Source: an uncultured Chloroflexia bacterium (GTDB lineage: Bacteria; Chloroflexota; Limnocylindria; Limnocylindrales; CSP1-4). Taken from it: 64,000 bases of DNA. Shown here piece after piece: positions 21,001 to 33,112 of the stretch. Both the position numbers and the translations under genes were made by a program. How positions within the stretch are numbered: the stretch's first letter is position 1; every line of letters starts with the position of its first letter. Location of the stretch: contig CAVYIM010000007.1 in assembly GCA_963768655.1 (NCBI GenBank), positions 32,001 through 96,000 of the forward strand, read 5' to 3'. Below the pieces are notes generated by a model that was not told where the DNA came from, did not search any database, and was given only the letters and a program-made list of their open reading frames with translations.

Positions 21001-24000
21001 GCGCGCTCTCGGCTCCGACCGGCTGGACCTATACCTCGGGCACGGTCACGGGCAACCCGGCCTCTAAGAGCGTCACCTGGTCGAGCACGGCCGGCAGCAC
21101 GACGCTCCAGATAACCACCACCAACAATGCCGGACTCGTTTCGCCCGCCACGACCATCACCTTCACACCGGACTCAACGATCACAGGTTCCTTCACCACG
21201 CCCGGCAGCAGCCTCGTCGTTCAATCGGGCACGAGCTACTCGGTCGCCTGGACTGAGACAGAGACTGGATCTGGCGTCGCGAGCCGCTCGCTGCAGCGTC
21301 AGAAGGGACCGTCGCCACGGCCGGCACCTGTACCGGAGTCACCTTCGCCAACGACGGTAGCCCGATCACCAGCGTCTCCCCGGCAACGTTCAGCGCTCCG
21401 GTGGCCGGCTACTGCTACCAATGGGTGCTCACGCTTACGGACACCGTCGGCAACGTCGGAACCAGCACGTCAGGCATGGTCATCCGCGACACCAGCAGCG
21501 CCCTCGGGCAACAGAGCCAGCTGAGCCTTGAATTCCTGGGCTCTGGGATCGGGCGACGGGGCGGACGTCAACGTCGTCACTGGCGACCTGGTTGTGAGCC
21601 ATTCGATCGTGAGCCTGCCCATCCGCGGCAGCTCGGTCTCGCTCGATCTCACCTACAACAGCCAGGATCTCGCGAACGTCGGTCTCGGCACCGGCTGGCG
21701 CGTAAACGTGCAGCGGCGGCTCACGCTCAACCCCGACGGCAGCGTGACCCTCGTCGACTCCGACGGGGCGCGATACCTGTTCACGAACCCCGTCACCAAC
21801 GGCACCGTCACGACCTACGCGCGGCCGGCGGCTCTGTTCGCGACCCTGGTCGAGGACACGAGCCAGCAGAGCCAGTTCACCCTGACCTACAAGGACCTCT
21901 CCCTTGACCGCTTCCTCATCTCCGGGTCCGACGCGCTCCTGGTCCGCCAGCAGGATCGCTTCGGCAATGGCGTGACGATCGCTTACAACAGCGGAACCGA
22001 GGACATCTCGACCGTTACTGACGACACGGCCCGAGTCATCAACTTCACCTGGACCACCACTACCTCGCCCCATCAGCTCGCCTCGATCACCGACTGGGCC
22101 TGGATCAACAGCTCGGGCGTCGTCCAGACGAGCGCCACCGGCTCTCGCCGGACCTATCGCTTCTTCTACGACGGCAGCGGCGCCCTGATCGGCTGGGCCG
22201 ACCCGCTCAACGCGTCAGGCACCTGCCCGACCGGCGGGAGCCATCTGACCTGCCTGACCTACAGCGGCGGCCAGCTGACCGGCATTGCCAAGACGCAGAC
22301 CTACACCACCTTCAACGGCAGCTCGCTGGGCGCTGCCACCCGCGTGGCTTCGACGAGCTTCGCCTACTCTAGCGGCGACGTGGCCGGCGTCACCGACGCC
22401 CTGACCAACCAGACTACCTTCGACCGCTCGACACCGGGCCAGACCACCGTTCATCGGCCGGCCAGCGGCGCGGTCACATATGCCTTCGCGGCAGCCGACC
22501 CGTACGGCCGTGTCACCTCGGTCTCGCGCAGCCTGTCGGGCACGCCGATCGTGCAGACGACGGTCTGGGACGCCGCCTTCCCGACGCTGCCCGACTCGGT
22601 CACCGACAACTCGACCGGAGCTCTGAGCACGCCCTCGCGGACAGTGACGTATACGTACTTCGCAGGTTCGATGGGCAACCTGGCGCGGGAGGTCGAGCCT
22701 CTGACCGCGACGACCGACCGGCGGACCGATTACACGTACAACGCCAACAACGACGTGACCCAAGAGATCGTCAGCCAGGATGGCTCGACGACCCTTCAGA
22801 CCACCACTCGATACTGCTACGACAGCGGCTGCTCGCTCAGCGGCAGCGGCCTGTCGATACTCAGCGAAATCGACGACTACGTCTCGGGTAGCTCTGCCAC
22901 AAACGACACCAACGTCCGGACCGACTACGCCTACGACGCCTACGGGCAGAAGACCCGGACCACGCGCCACAACCGTGATGCAGCAGGTGCTGACCTCGAC
23001 GACCGCATCGACGCGTCGGTCTACAATTCGTATGGCGACGTGACGGCGTCGATCACCAACTATGCCGACGGCCAGGTGACCGGCGGCACCGACGTGACTC
23101 CCGATGCCAGCGGCGCCCGGACAGACCTGACGACCACGTACACCTTCGACACCGCCGGCAACGAGGTCAGCGTTGCCGACCCGCGCCGCGCGATCGAACT
23201 CGCTCTCGGATCTGCGGGTGCCGACGACTATGTCACCCGCTCCACCTTCGATGCCCTCAACGAGAACCTGAGTCAGACCACCCCGACGACTCCCGGGGTC
23301 AGCGGCGTCCCCAGAAGAGCTCGTCGAGCGTCTACGACGAATTCGGCTCGGTCCGAGCTGCAACCGACCTGAACGGTATCGTCACCGGCACAGCCTTCGA
23401 TGCCGGTGGCAACTCGACCGCTACCTATGAGATCGACCCCTCGCCTCTCGGCGCCTCACAGACGTCGTCTTCTACCTATGACGCCGCCGGTCGCCTGGCC
23501 ACCAGCAAGGACGCGCGGCAGGTCGCCAACGGCGCCCTAGGTCACACCGCCTACGGATATGACGATCTCGGGCAGCAAGTCTCCGTCACCGACGCCGCGG
23601 GGTCCAGCCCCGACATCTCAAGCGAGACGACAACCACTTACGATGCCCTCGGGCGCAAGACGGCAGACGACTACTCAGTCGGCGGTACGTCCTATACCTA
23701 CGATTTGGGAGGCCGAGCGCTCACGACCGACGACGGCCTGTCCTGCTCGACGAGCACGTACGACTACCAGGACCGGACCACGACCACTACCAGCGGCCTG
23801 AACACCGGGACCTGCACCGATGGCGGTGACGGCTCCACGACAACCAACACCTACGACGGCCTGGGTCGGCTCACGCTGGCCCAGATCACTGCGGGCGTGA
23901 ACGTCGGAGACAAGACAACCAACGATGTCTACGACTCCGCGGGCGACAAGCTCTCCGACTCGACCACCAAGTCCGGTGTGGTGGCGACCGCCACCACGCA

Positions 24001-25897
24001 GTTCAACCTGCTCGGCCAGGCTATGAGCGTTCTGGCTATCGATGGCTCCACTACGAAGTCCGACTATGATCCAGCCGGCAACGTGTCCGACAGCTGTCTG
24101 TGGGCCTCGGGCTCCACGGTTGGCTCGTGCTACCCGGTGGGCACGACTCCATGGACCAACCCGCCGACCAAGGCGACGAGTTCGGTCTACGACGCTGGTA
24201 ATCACACCATCGCCTCGACCGACGCCGCCACCGCGATGACCACGACCTACGACCCGACTCACGACTACGCGGTCGCCGCCACATACCTGCCGACAGGCTC
24301 GGGCCACGAGTATCAGACCTACTACACGTACGACTCCAAGCAACGCGTGACGGCGCTGACCCACCAGGACTGCACCCTCTCGACTGGCCACTCCTGCACC
24401 AGTGCGAACGTCGTTGGCTCCGACGCCTACACGTACGATGCCAACGACAACCGGACGCAGGTCACCGAGTACAACGGCGCTACCACGACCAACGACTACT
24501 ACTGCTACGACGCGAACAACCGGCTCGTCGCCGAGAAGTCGGGCAGCTCGTGCGCGACCAATCCCGACGAGACGTACACGTACGACGACTCCGGCAACCG
24601 CCTGACTGCGACCGTCGGTGGCGTAACTACGAACTTCGCCTACGACAGCGACGGCCGCCTGTGCGCCGTTGGGGCGACCTCCTGCAGCTCACCCAACGTC
24701 ACCTACGACGATGCCGGCCGAACAGCGACCTACAACGGCTGGTCTTACCTCTACGACTCGGCGGGCCGTCTGGTTTCGGCTTGCCAGAGCACGAGTTGCA
24801 CTGGCTCGGGCTTCAACCGAGTCGACTACACGTACGATGGCGACGGCAACCGTACCCAGATCGTTGACACGACTGCAGGAGGCGTCGCTACCACCACGAC
24901 CTTCACCTACCAGGGCGGCATCATGGTCGGCGAGTCGGTCAACGGCACGCCGTCGCGCGGCTACCTAGCAGCCGGCGGCTCGATGGCCGAGATGACCATT
25001 CCGAGCGGTTCGGAAGCCGGGACCTACATCGTGACCTGGAACGGTCACGATGACGCCACGAGCCTTAACTTGATCAACGGCGACGGCTCGCTCACCCCGG
25101 TCAACAGCTACAGCTACTCGACCTGGGGAACGCCAACGACAAGCGTGGCCAGCGGCGCCAGCGACCTGGCCTTCCGCTTCCTCTACATCGGCTCGGGCGA
25201 TGTCCAGTGGGACAATGACTTCAGTATCAGCCTAGAGTACATGCACGCGAGGAGCTACTCGCCTGCGTTGGGGCGGTTCCTGCAGCCTGATCCAAGCGGC
25301 GAGGATCTCGGTTACGCTTACTCGCAGAATGATCCCGTTGGGCACGCAGATCCCACGGGCACGTTTGCCATCCCGCGACTCATATGGGGGGTTGAGTGGG
25401 GCTACGAAGGGCAAGACTACGGCCTCGCCAATCTAGCCGTAGGCCTTGTCTGCGGACTCACGAGCTTCAGCGGCTTCTTCACCAGCTGGATTGGCTATTC
25501 GGTCGGTGCTGGCTGCACGATCGGCGGATACATCCTGGGGAGCACGCCAATTGGCGGGTTCCTAGAGTCGCTGGCAGGAAAGAAGGCAAAGGGCTCCACT
25601 GGATGGGACGTTATGGTTGAGACTCCGCACGTGTTCCTGCGCGTACTGTCCTATTGCCCGCCGGGCAGCCGCATTTGCTCAATCAGTCAGGTGCGCATAT
25701 GGATCAAGATGAGGCAATCCTATCGTGATTGGTGGTGCCGCTACTACTTCACGTATTCAACCTGGCAGCTCAACAACCCGGACTGGTTCAGTGGCTACAA
25801 TGGCGCCACTCCCATGTGCCCCAAAATGAACAACAACCAGGCCTCCATCCTCGTCTCGGCCGTGGGCCTCATCCCAATCCTTTTCGACATGCTATAG
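18062..25897 (+). CDS. Giant secreted RHS/YD-repeat protein (DNRLRE-like and Ig-like domains), broken by about 4 frameshifts
   Basis: ORF pieces 18038-20152, 19800-21524, 21528-23372, 23705-25897; YD repeats; core ending RSYSPALGRFLQPDP...DPTG, then variable tip. Confidence 0.8.
20170..21364 (+). repeat. Near-identical ~540-bp internal duplication (20170-20711 / 20824-21364), period 654
   Basis: Direct comparison; second copy lacks one G in agaaggggacc. Confidence 0.9.
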
Positions 25898-25976
25898 GGG
25901 TAGTGCTGGGCATACTCGACGGAGCATGGGCAACGAAAGGGCCAATAGGTTCGCCGCACATAGCGGAGGCTAGACT

Positions 25977-26339
25977 ATGGACAGGTCTTGGGCGGTGACT
26001 CAAGCGGCCAGAGCTGGTGCTTCGGTTGGGGCACTAGTAGGTGCGCCCGTGGCCTACGGCCAGAGCCGGATCCCGGGGGCTCTGGTGGTCGCAGGCTTCC
26101 TTCTCGGGGCCGCCATCGCCACTCAGTACGCGCTCCGGCGGCTGGAAACCTCCAAGCGGGTAGTTACTCCCGTAACGCTGACAGCGTATGCAGCCGTCTT
26201 CTTCGGGCTTCAGGCTGTGCCGGCAGCCGATGCTTACCTGGCGGCCATCGTGGTTTTCGCCATCATAGGCTTGTCGATGTGGCTGCCGAGCGCTTGGGCT
26301 GGAAGGTCAGCCCAGAAAGGTAGAGGCCCGACCCGCTAA
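25977..26339 (+). CDS. Membrane protein, probable RHS immunity protein
   Basis: About 4 TM, GGAGG RBS, directly after RHS tip. Confidence 0.55.
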   Translation: MDRSWAVTQAARAGASVGALVGAPVAYGQSRIPGALVVAGFLLGAAIATQYALRRLETSKRVVTPVTLTAYAAVFFGLQAVPAADAYLAAIVVFAIIGLSMWLPSAWAGRSAQKGRGPTR

Positions 26340-26444
26340 AGCCAAGCGCAAACCGGCGGAAGTGTCGGAGTTGTCCGGTCGGGTGATCGCCTTGGCGCGC
26401 TCGCCAGATGCACGCGTAGGTCTCGGGTCATTGACTTCAGCGCG

Positions 26445-27348
26445 GAGGATGTCCCGATCGTCGTGGAATTTCAGTGAGGGTCGGGTCTCCAGGTTGCTGA
26501 TCATATCGGTTGGTTGGTAGCGCTCGCCTCGCTTTCGATGTGGAGCTCGCGCTTCAGCGCAGCGGCAAGAATGGGCAGCTCCCGATAGCCACAGACTCGG
26601 CGGAACTGAGCCTCTGCGGCGAGCATCCCAGCGGCGGCCCAGCGCAGCGCCATCTCGCCCGACTCCCAGTTCTTCACCCGGCGGGCGTGCGTCTTGACGA
26701 TCTCGATCATCGATTCCATCGGGTTGGTCGACTCGAGCGTCCTCCAGAGCGAGCCGCTGATGCCCAGACGCGTCAGGGTGAGCGTGTCGTCGAGCCCCTC
26801 GCGCAGCGACGCGGCGGCTCCCGGACGGCTGTGGGCCAGACTGCGGGCCAGGGAGTGGAGGGCCGCCTTCGCCCTGTCCGGATCTCGCTCGGCCCAGGCG
26901 GCCCGAAGCCGGCGCTGGGCGAGCGGTCGTTCGATCTCGGGCAGGTGCTCTAGAACGTTGCGCTCTTTGTGGCGATGGCAGCGATGGATCGCCACGCCTT
27001 TGCCCAAGAAGGTGCGGATGGCCGAACCGATGGCGGAGCCGCCGTCGACGACGAAGAGGACGCCTGCGCTTGTGTCCAGACCGCGATCGCGCAAGTCCGC
27101 CAGGAGCGCGTTGACCACCGCGCTGTTCTCGGTCGTGCCCTCGACCACGCCGAGGGGCACCTTGTGGCCGGCGGCGTCGATCCCGAGCGCGCCTACGAGC
27201 AGGTGATCGCCCAGGCGAAAGCCATCGAGCATGAGCACGAGGTAGCGGCGGTCGTCGAGTCTGCGCCCGAGCAGCTCAGCCAGGCGCTCTGCCGTGGCGG
27301 CGAGGAAGCGGCGGCTGACGGCGGCGTGGCTGGTCGAGACGGCGGCCT
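26445..27348 (-). mobile_element. IS256-family element, 5'-truncated copy
   Basis: Near-identical to 3' 0.9 kb of the full copies incl. one terminal IR; identity stops at 27348. Confidence 0.9.
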
Positions 27349-27541
27349 TACGCGAACCCACGGTGCTCGCCGGAACTGGCCAACGGTGCTCGGACTCACC
27401 CCACAGTCGCGCTCCCTAGGTTATCGAGCCGAGCCTCAGCCCGCCAACTCTGCCGACGAGCCCACAGGGCCGCACACCTTCACCCGTAAAGTGTCGGGCT
27501 GACTCCAAAGACGGCTCCGATCCGATCGAGAACTGGCCGCC

Positions 27542-28006
27542 TTATCGTGGCATCCACCACGGCCACCAGGTCGGCACCCCGGACGGGCACAGGTAGCCCC
27601 GCATGTCGGGTCCGGACGGCGCCCAGGAGAGGGAGTGGGTGCCTACCAACACAAACGCGACGACTGCCGCGAGCCCTGCGGCCACCAGGAATCCAGCGGC
27701 CGGATGGATTCGCGCCGCAAGGAGGGACAGGAGACAGTTGGCCGCAGCGACTGTAGGGGCCAGTAGCACGAACTGGAGCCCCAAGGCAGGGTCATTGCCC
27801 GAGTCGAAGTAGACCCCGCAGTCGTCGGCAGCGGCAACCGCGATCCTCATGCCGATCCAGACGGACAACACCCCCAGCAGACAGGCTGCCAACGCGACTC
27901 CAACGTAGAGCCACGCGGAGTGGTGTCTGGCTGCTGGACTGGGGTTCGGTGGACCGCCTGGCCACTGAGGGCCGGTTCTGGCGGTGGGTTGGTTCAGGGG
28001 GTCCAC
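27542..28006 (-). CDS. Membrane hypothetical protein, probably leaderless
   Basis: 3 TM; TATGAT shortly upstream of GTG. Confidence 0.6.
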   Translation of the reverse strand: MDPLNQPTARTGPQWPGGPPNPSPAARHHSAWLYVGVALAACLLGVLSVWIGMRIAVAAADDCGVYFDSGNDPALGLQFVLLAPTVAAANCLLSLLAARIHPAAGFLVAAGLAAVVAFVLVGTHSLSWAPSGPDMRGYLCPSGVPTWWPWWMPR

Positions 28007-28172
28007 CGATGGATCATAGCAACGACGCTAAGCCGAATGGGTCCTGTCGACGACCCACTGGTCGGCGAAGGCGTGTTCAGCCCCGCTCCGCACCTTACCC
28101 GTATAGTGTCGGCTCTAATCCTCTGAGCCCGACCCAGAAGAACCTCGTTTGTGAGGGCAGCCTAGATGGCGG

Positions 28173-29036
28173 TCAGCCCGCGGGCTCGACTCCCACGAAC
28201 CGGTACGCCGCTCCAGCGCGCTCGACGTGGCCGAGATCTGCGAGGTGGAACCCGTGGATCAGGGAGCGGCGTTGGGCGGCGCGGTCGAGGAGCCGACGAC
28301 GTGTAACCACCGTCTGCGCGGGGTCGGCGTCCATGCCCGTCGTCCAGTCCGGGTGCGCGAAGTCCCACTCGTGGAAGACCGCGTCGCCGAGGGCGAGCAG
28401 CTTCGCCGCGCCGGACTCGATCTCGATCGCCACGTGACCAGGCGTGTGGCCGGGCGCCGGGACGATCCGCACACCGGGGCCGACCTCCACCGCGCCGTCG
28501 GTCAGCTCGAGCAGGCCGGCCTCGCGGAGTGGCGGGAGATGGAGGCGCGCGATCGCCGCGAGGTAGGCGTCGGTGGCCCGCGCGCGTCCCGGCTCGAGCC
28601 AGTAGTCCCACTCGATCGCCGACATGACGTGGCGGGCGTTCGGGTAACGGGGGACGCGGACGCCGTCGCGCACCCTCGTGAGCCCGCCGATGTGGTCGGC
28701 ATGGGCATGCGTGATCAGCACCAACGCTATCTCGTCGGGGGTGAGGCTGGCAGCGGCGAGGGACGCCTCTGTTCCCCCGATAGCCGCACCCCACTCGGCC
28801 GCCAGCTCCTCGCCCGCCCCGGCGTCGAGCAGCATCGGCCCGTCGGCCGTCCGCACCAGGAGCGGGCGGTAGGGCACGGGCAGCGAGCCGTCGGGGTTGA
28901 GCCGACCCTCAAGGAGCGTCCCGATCAGCGTGGGCTCGACGTCCGGGAACACGTCCGCCACCTCGTAGGCGGCGACGCCGTCGCAAAGGATCTCAACCTC
29001 ATGCGCCCCGACGCGGATCACGTCCTTTCGGATCAT
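28173..29036 (-). CDS. MBL-fold metallo-hydrolase (AHL-lactonase/YtnP-like)
   Basis: THAHADHIGG, GHTPGH, GDA, terminal H. Confidence 0.88.
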   Translation of the reverse strand: MIRKDVIRVGAHEVEILCDGVAAYEVADVFPDVEPTLIGTLLEGRLNPDGSLPVPYRPLLVRTADGPMLLDAGAGEELAAEWGAAIGGTEASLAAASLTPDEIALVLITHAHADHIGGLTRVRDGVRVPRYPNARHVMSAIEWDYWLEPGRARATDAYLAAIARLHLPPLREAGLLELTDGAVEVGPGVRIVPAPGHTPGHVAIEIESGAAKLLALGDAVFHEWDFAHPDWTTGMDADPAQTVVTRRRLLDRAAQRRSLIHGFHLADLGHVERAGAAYRFVGVEPAG

Positions 29037-29223
29037 CGGCCGGCCTCCCACAGGGTACGCAGGGACGCTAGAGCGACGGCAACTCGAGGTCAAGCCACCG
29101 CCGTCGCGCAACCAAGCCGAGCCCTCAGCTCAGGATGAACAACGTCGCCCGAGCACCGTGACGATGCAGCCATCGTGTTGCCGCCGTTCGACGCCGGCGC
29201 CAGTGGTTCTTGGCTCCGCGCGA

Positions 29224-30372
29224 TCACCCGCCGGCCGCGACTCCCCGGGCCAGGAGCTCGTCGTAGCGCACAGGATCCACGTTCCCCCCGCTCAGGATGG
29301 ACACCACGCGCCCGCTCGCCGGCAGTTCGTCCTCGTGGAACAGCCAGGCGGCGAGGGTAGTGGCGCCGGACGGTTCTAGCACCAGCCGCGCTTCCCGCGA
29401 CGCGCGGACCATGGCCCGGGCGATCTCATCCTCTGTCACGGTCACGATGCCGTCGAGATAGCGGCGCAACAGCTCGAACGGTATGCGCCCGATGTGGGTA
29501 GTCCGCTGGCCGTCGGCGATCGTCCGTCCGACCATGTCCGCCGGCCAGATCACGATTTGGCCCTGCTCGAGCGAGTCACGGGCGTCCGCGGCCAGAGCCG
29601 GTTCGACGCCGACCACGACGGCGTCCGGCCGAAGCGACTTCACCGCTACGGCCACGCCGCTGGCGATCCCGCCTCCGCCAACCGGGACCAGCACGGTGAA
29701 TGGTGCCGGTTCGGTCCGGCGGCCCCTCGGAGTCGTGGGTTTGCGCTCGTCGAGGGAGGCGAGCTGCTCGACGATCTCGAGTCCGATGGTTCCCTGGCCG
29801 GTGATCGTGGCCGCGTCGTCGTACGGCGCGACCAGCGACAGACCGTCGACCCGCGCCAGTTCGGCGGCCCGCTGCGCCCGCTCCTCACTCGATGGGCCAA
29901 CGAAGACGATCTCGGCGCCGTCCTCTTGGACACGCTCGACCTTGATCCGTGGCGCATCCGAAGGCATCACGATCACCGCGCGGACCCCGAGGAGTCGAGC
30001 GGCGCGCGCCACGCCTTGGGCGTGGTTGCCGCTCGAGTGCGCCACTACGCCGGCGGCACGGCGTTCCGCCGACAGCGCGGCGATGTTGTAGTAGGCGCCA
30101 CGCAGCTTGAACGCGCCGATCGGCTGGAGAGACTCCGGTTTCAGCCAAGCGCGGGTGCGCCCAAGTGGGTCGCCGTCCTCGGGCCGCCCGAAGGGCAGCA
30201 GCGGCGTGCGCACGACTACGCCCCGGATCACTTCGGCGGCGCCGCGGATGGCGGCCAGGGTGACCAGCGCCGCCTCGTCGAGCCGTGCGTCCGATCGAGG
30301 GTCCGGGATTGGTGAGACGGTCGGCGGCTCCGGCGCCACGGGCGGGAGCTGAGTCGGTCTTCGTGGAGGCAT
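29224..30372 (-). CDS. PLP-dependent threonine/serine dehydratase family protein
   Basis: KPESLQPIGAFKLRGA, SSGNHAQG, VGGGG, SGGN. Confidence 0.9.
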   Translation of the reverse strand: MPPRRPTQLPPVAPEPPTVSPIPDPRSDARLDEAALVTLAAIRGAAEVIRGVVVRTPLLPFGRPEDGDPLGRTRAWLKPESLQPIGAFKLRGAYYNIAALSAERRAAGVVAHSSGNHAQGVARAARLLGVRAVIVMPSDAPRIKVERVQEDGAEIVFVGPSSEERAQRAAELARVDGLSLVAPYDDAATITGQGTIGLEIVEQLASLDERKPTTPRGRRTEPAPFTVLVPVGGGGIASGVAVAVKSLRPDAVVVGVEPALAADARDSLEQGQIVIWPADMVGRTIADGQRTTHIGRIPFELLRRYLDGIVTVTEDEIARAMVRASREARLVLEPSGATTLAAWLFHEDELPASGRVVSILSGGNVDPVRYDELLARGVAAGG

Positions 30373-30643
30373 GTCCAGGCCACTATAGTGCCGGCAACCC
30401 TCTCGACCGCCGCCAGCCGGCCCTCGGGAAGCCGATCGAGCGAAGTAGCGGCGCTCCAGAAGCAGCCTCGCCTCGTGGCCTCAGCCCCGCGCCACTCGAC
30501 CAGCCGGCACGTCAATCGCAGTTCGTCTGTTTCAGCCCATACTTGGCCAGTCCCGGGTCGAACGACAGCCGCGTGGGATGAGACAGACTGGCACCGACCT
30601 TCACCTCGGGTTACGTAGCGGATCAGGACAGGAGCGGTCTCCA

Positions 30644-30751
30644 ATGACACTCGCCATCCTCGGCGTGCCAACCCACATCGCACTCATCGCGGTGGTCATC
30701 ATCGTGGTCGTCGTGGCGGCGGCATGGTGGTTGATCGACCGTCGCAAGTAG
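30644..30751 (+). CDS. 35-aa single-TM small protein
   Basis: AGGAG RBS; MTLAILGVPTHIALIAVVIIVVVVAAAWWLIDRRK (below ORF-track cutoff). Confidence 0.55.
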   Translation: MTLAILGVPTHIALIAVVIIVVVVAAAWWLIDRRK

Positions 30752-30795
30752 GTCACGCCGAGCGTTGTGCCGATCGCTCCGAGCCGGGCTACCTC

Positions 30796-30879
30796 GATCG
30801 ACCATTTGTGCCCGCCGTCACGGACGGCAAGACCGGTGCGATCCGCTTCTTCGGCCGTGTGGTCGATCCGTCCTCTTGG
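30796..30879 (+). pseudogene. Serpin C-terminal remnant
   Basis: DRPFVPAVTDGKTGAIRFFGRVVDPS matches the serpin terminal DRPF...TG.ILF.GRV.DP motif. Confidence 0.55.
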
Positions 30880-30959
30880 CGGACCCCGTCGCTATTCAGC
30901 CAGAGCGGCCATCGAAGCTACTGCCGAGTGCCAGAGTGCGAGCCCTGCCCAACTTCCGG

Positions 30960-31406
30960 CTGGTGACTGGCCGATCGCGCCTGGCGCAGCTCACGAGCAG
31001 GACGCTGGCGCCAAGTCGGATCGCCAAGCAAGGCGGATGGGCGAAGTTCGAGTTCACCGCGAGCGTCGACGCCATCTGCAATGTGAGCTACGTCCTATCG
31101 GATCGAAGCGCTGGCAGCGGGACCCAGGTGGATGCGAGCGCCGGCAAGGTGACCGAGGACGACATGTACATCTCTCCCAGCGTCGCTCCCGGCCACGGTG
31201 AGTTCACCCTGACGTGCACCGATATGGACGGTAACTCCAAGATGGCGACCGGAACGTTCGAGGTACTGTCCGCGTCGGCGACACCGACGCCTTCGGCAGC
31301 TCCGACAGCCCCTCCGACCGAGGCTCCGACGGAAGCGCCGACTGCGAAACCGACGGCCCGTCCGACCGAGGCTCCGCCTGCTGCTCAGACGCCGACTCCG
31401 TCCTGA
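30960..31406 (+). pseudogene. Fragment of secreted Ig-like protein with PT-rich tail
   Basis: Plausible coding only in the 3' part of ORF 30765-31406; no signal peptide. Confidence 0.4.
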
Positions 31407-31502
31407 ACACGACCGAGAAGACGGGACCAGAGACTGGGCTAGGGCTCGCCGAGATCGATGGAGTCATCGTCTCGGCGGAGTGCCGCTCGTCTTGTCTAGC
31501 GG

Positions 31503-33056
31503 TCAGCCGGCAGTCGGCACTCCGATCCAGAAGCGTGAGCCGTCATCGGTGGCGAGAAGCCCTGTAGGGCCCAGAGCCACATAGGGGTTATCCCACCACG
31601 GCAGGTCGCCGATCTGCTTGAGGGTGACCAGCTTGAGCTTGTCATCCTGGGCAATCAGGGTCAGCGAAGAGTTATCTGATGCTGCCCAGCCCCACCCAAG
31701 TCCGCAGCTTCGGCCAGCCAATATGGGCTGTAAGAACAGCTGCGGGAATCCCTTGACGAGATTCCAGGTCTTCCCATCGGTGGAGACCCAGGAAGCCAGG
31801 AAGCCCGACCCTGTATCGGGGGACCACTCCTGCGCCACTAGCATGTGGTCGTCTATCCGATAGACGTTCATGCTGATGGTTGACGGACCGGCCCTGGTTC
31901 CGCTCAAGTCCTCGGGGCTCCAGGTCGTGCCGTCGGGAGACCACCACAGTGCGACCTGATAGATGGACGTGTCCGGCTCTACGACGCCACAGCCGAGAAA
32001 GGGACCTTGATATGGGAAGAATTCTCGGCCCTTCGACTTGAGAATGGTACCGGGCAGGACGTAGCCGCCTGCGAACGAGACCGGGTCGTATGCCCATGAT
32101 CCGGTCGTGAGAGCCGGCGCTGGGAGCGCGCCAAGCTGCCAGTTCCTGCCGTCGCTCGAGGTCCAGATGCTCTGCTTGAGGTAGGCTGTCCCAAGTGCGA
32201 CAAAGCCGCTGGAGCCGCCAGAGATCGGGCCGATCCCGCCCGCTCCGAAGACGCTCGGCATGTCGATCGGGGTCCACGACTTCGCGTCCGAAGACGACCA
32301 CATCGTCTCGGGCGTGAGTCCGGGCGAGGTCGCGCCGCACATTCTGCCGCAGTCGACCTGCCCCCGAATCAGGAGGCTGTCTGGCCCCTCTTGGAACTGG
32401 ATGACCTCGAACACGCAGTCGGCTCGCTCGGCGGCGTTGAGTCCTCTGTCATAGCTCTTGAACCAGGAGTTCCAGACGCTGATGTCGATGGTCGATCCGG
32501 AGCTCCAGGTCAGCCCATCCGCCGAAACCCAGGGCGTCAGGGCACGGCTCTTCGGGTTCCATAGGAACTCGACGTAGCCGCCGCTCCAGGCTTCGAGTGT
32601 GGCGTTGTAGACGCCACTCGCGACGGCAATCTCGGATCGGGGCGGCACCGCTGGCGAGTGGCCACCGGGAATTGCGATCCAGTCGAGGCCGGTCCAGGTG
32701 GCGGTGGGAGTGGGGCCGACGCTTGGCAGCGGACCCGTGGGCGGGGGTGGCGTGGGTGTGGCGATCGGGATCGGGCTCGGAGTGGCGGTCGGCGCCGGTG
32801 TGGCGGTCGGCGTGGCGAGATCCGGCGACAATAGGGCGGCCAGGCTCGGGGTAGAGGTCTCCGTCGAACCACTCGCGGTCGCCGATGGCGTCGCCGAGGC
32901 GGAGAGCGACGGTGAAGCAGATGGGGATGCCGACGCGGTTGGCGACGGACTGGCCGCCGCGGTGCACGCCGCCGCGGTGAGGGCGATCAGCACCACCGCC
33001 GCCAGCCAGAAGCAACCCCGCCTGCTGCCGTGACCCAGATCAGATGCCCACTCCAT
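31503..33056 (-). CDS. Secreted lipoprotein with WxSxDGxxW (BNR/Asp-box-like) repeats
   Basis: Lipobox AAAC, PST linker, repeated WxSxDG. Confidence 0.8.
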   Translation of the reverse strand: MEWASDLGHGSRRGCFWLAAVVLIALTAAACTAAASPSPTASASPSASPSLSASATPSATASGSTETSTPSLAALLSPDLATPTATPAPTATPSPIPIATPTPPPPTGPLPSVGPTPTATWTGLDWIAIPGGHSPAVPPRSEIAVASGVYNATLEAWSGGYVEFLWNPKSRALTPWVSADGLTWSSGSTIDISVWNSWFKSYDRGLNAAERADCVFEVIQFQEGPDSLLIRGQVDCGRMCGATSPGLTPETMWSSSDAKSWTPIDMPSVFGAGGIGPISGGSSGFVALGTAYLKQSIWTSSDGRNWQLGALPAPALTTGSWAYDPVSFAGGYVLPGTILKSKGREFFPYQGPFLGCGVVEPDTSIYQVALWWSPDGTTWSPEDLSGTRAGPSTISMNVYRIDDHMLVAQEWSPDTGSGFLASWVSTDGKTWNLVKGFPQLFLQPILAGRSCGLGWGWAASDNSSLTLIAQDDKLKLVTLKQIGDLPWWDNPYVALGPTGLLATDDGSRFWIGVPTAG

Positions 33057-33112
33057 GCCATCCCCTTGTGCTGCCGCGGTCTCATCGAACAGGGTTGGGA
33101 CGCCATCATGAT

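Noticed and set aside
18062-25897. Programmed frameshifting or phase variation in the RHS gene
   Set aside because: At least one shift is a single-G loss in a homopolymer relative to the duplicate copy (near 21305), and others occur elsewhere (45290); sequencing error or decay is simpler
8200-33100. Classical integron with attC sites
   Set aside because: No RYYYAAC...GTTRRRY hairpins seen, genes are in mixed orientation with own leaders, recombinase lacks evident IntI insertion
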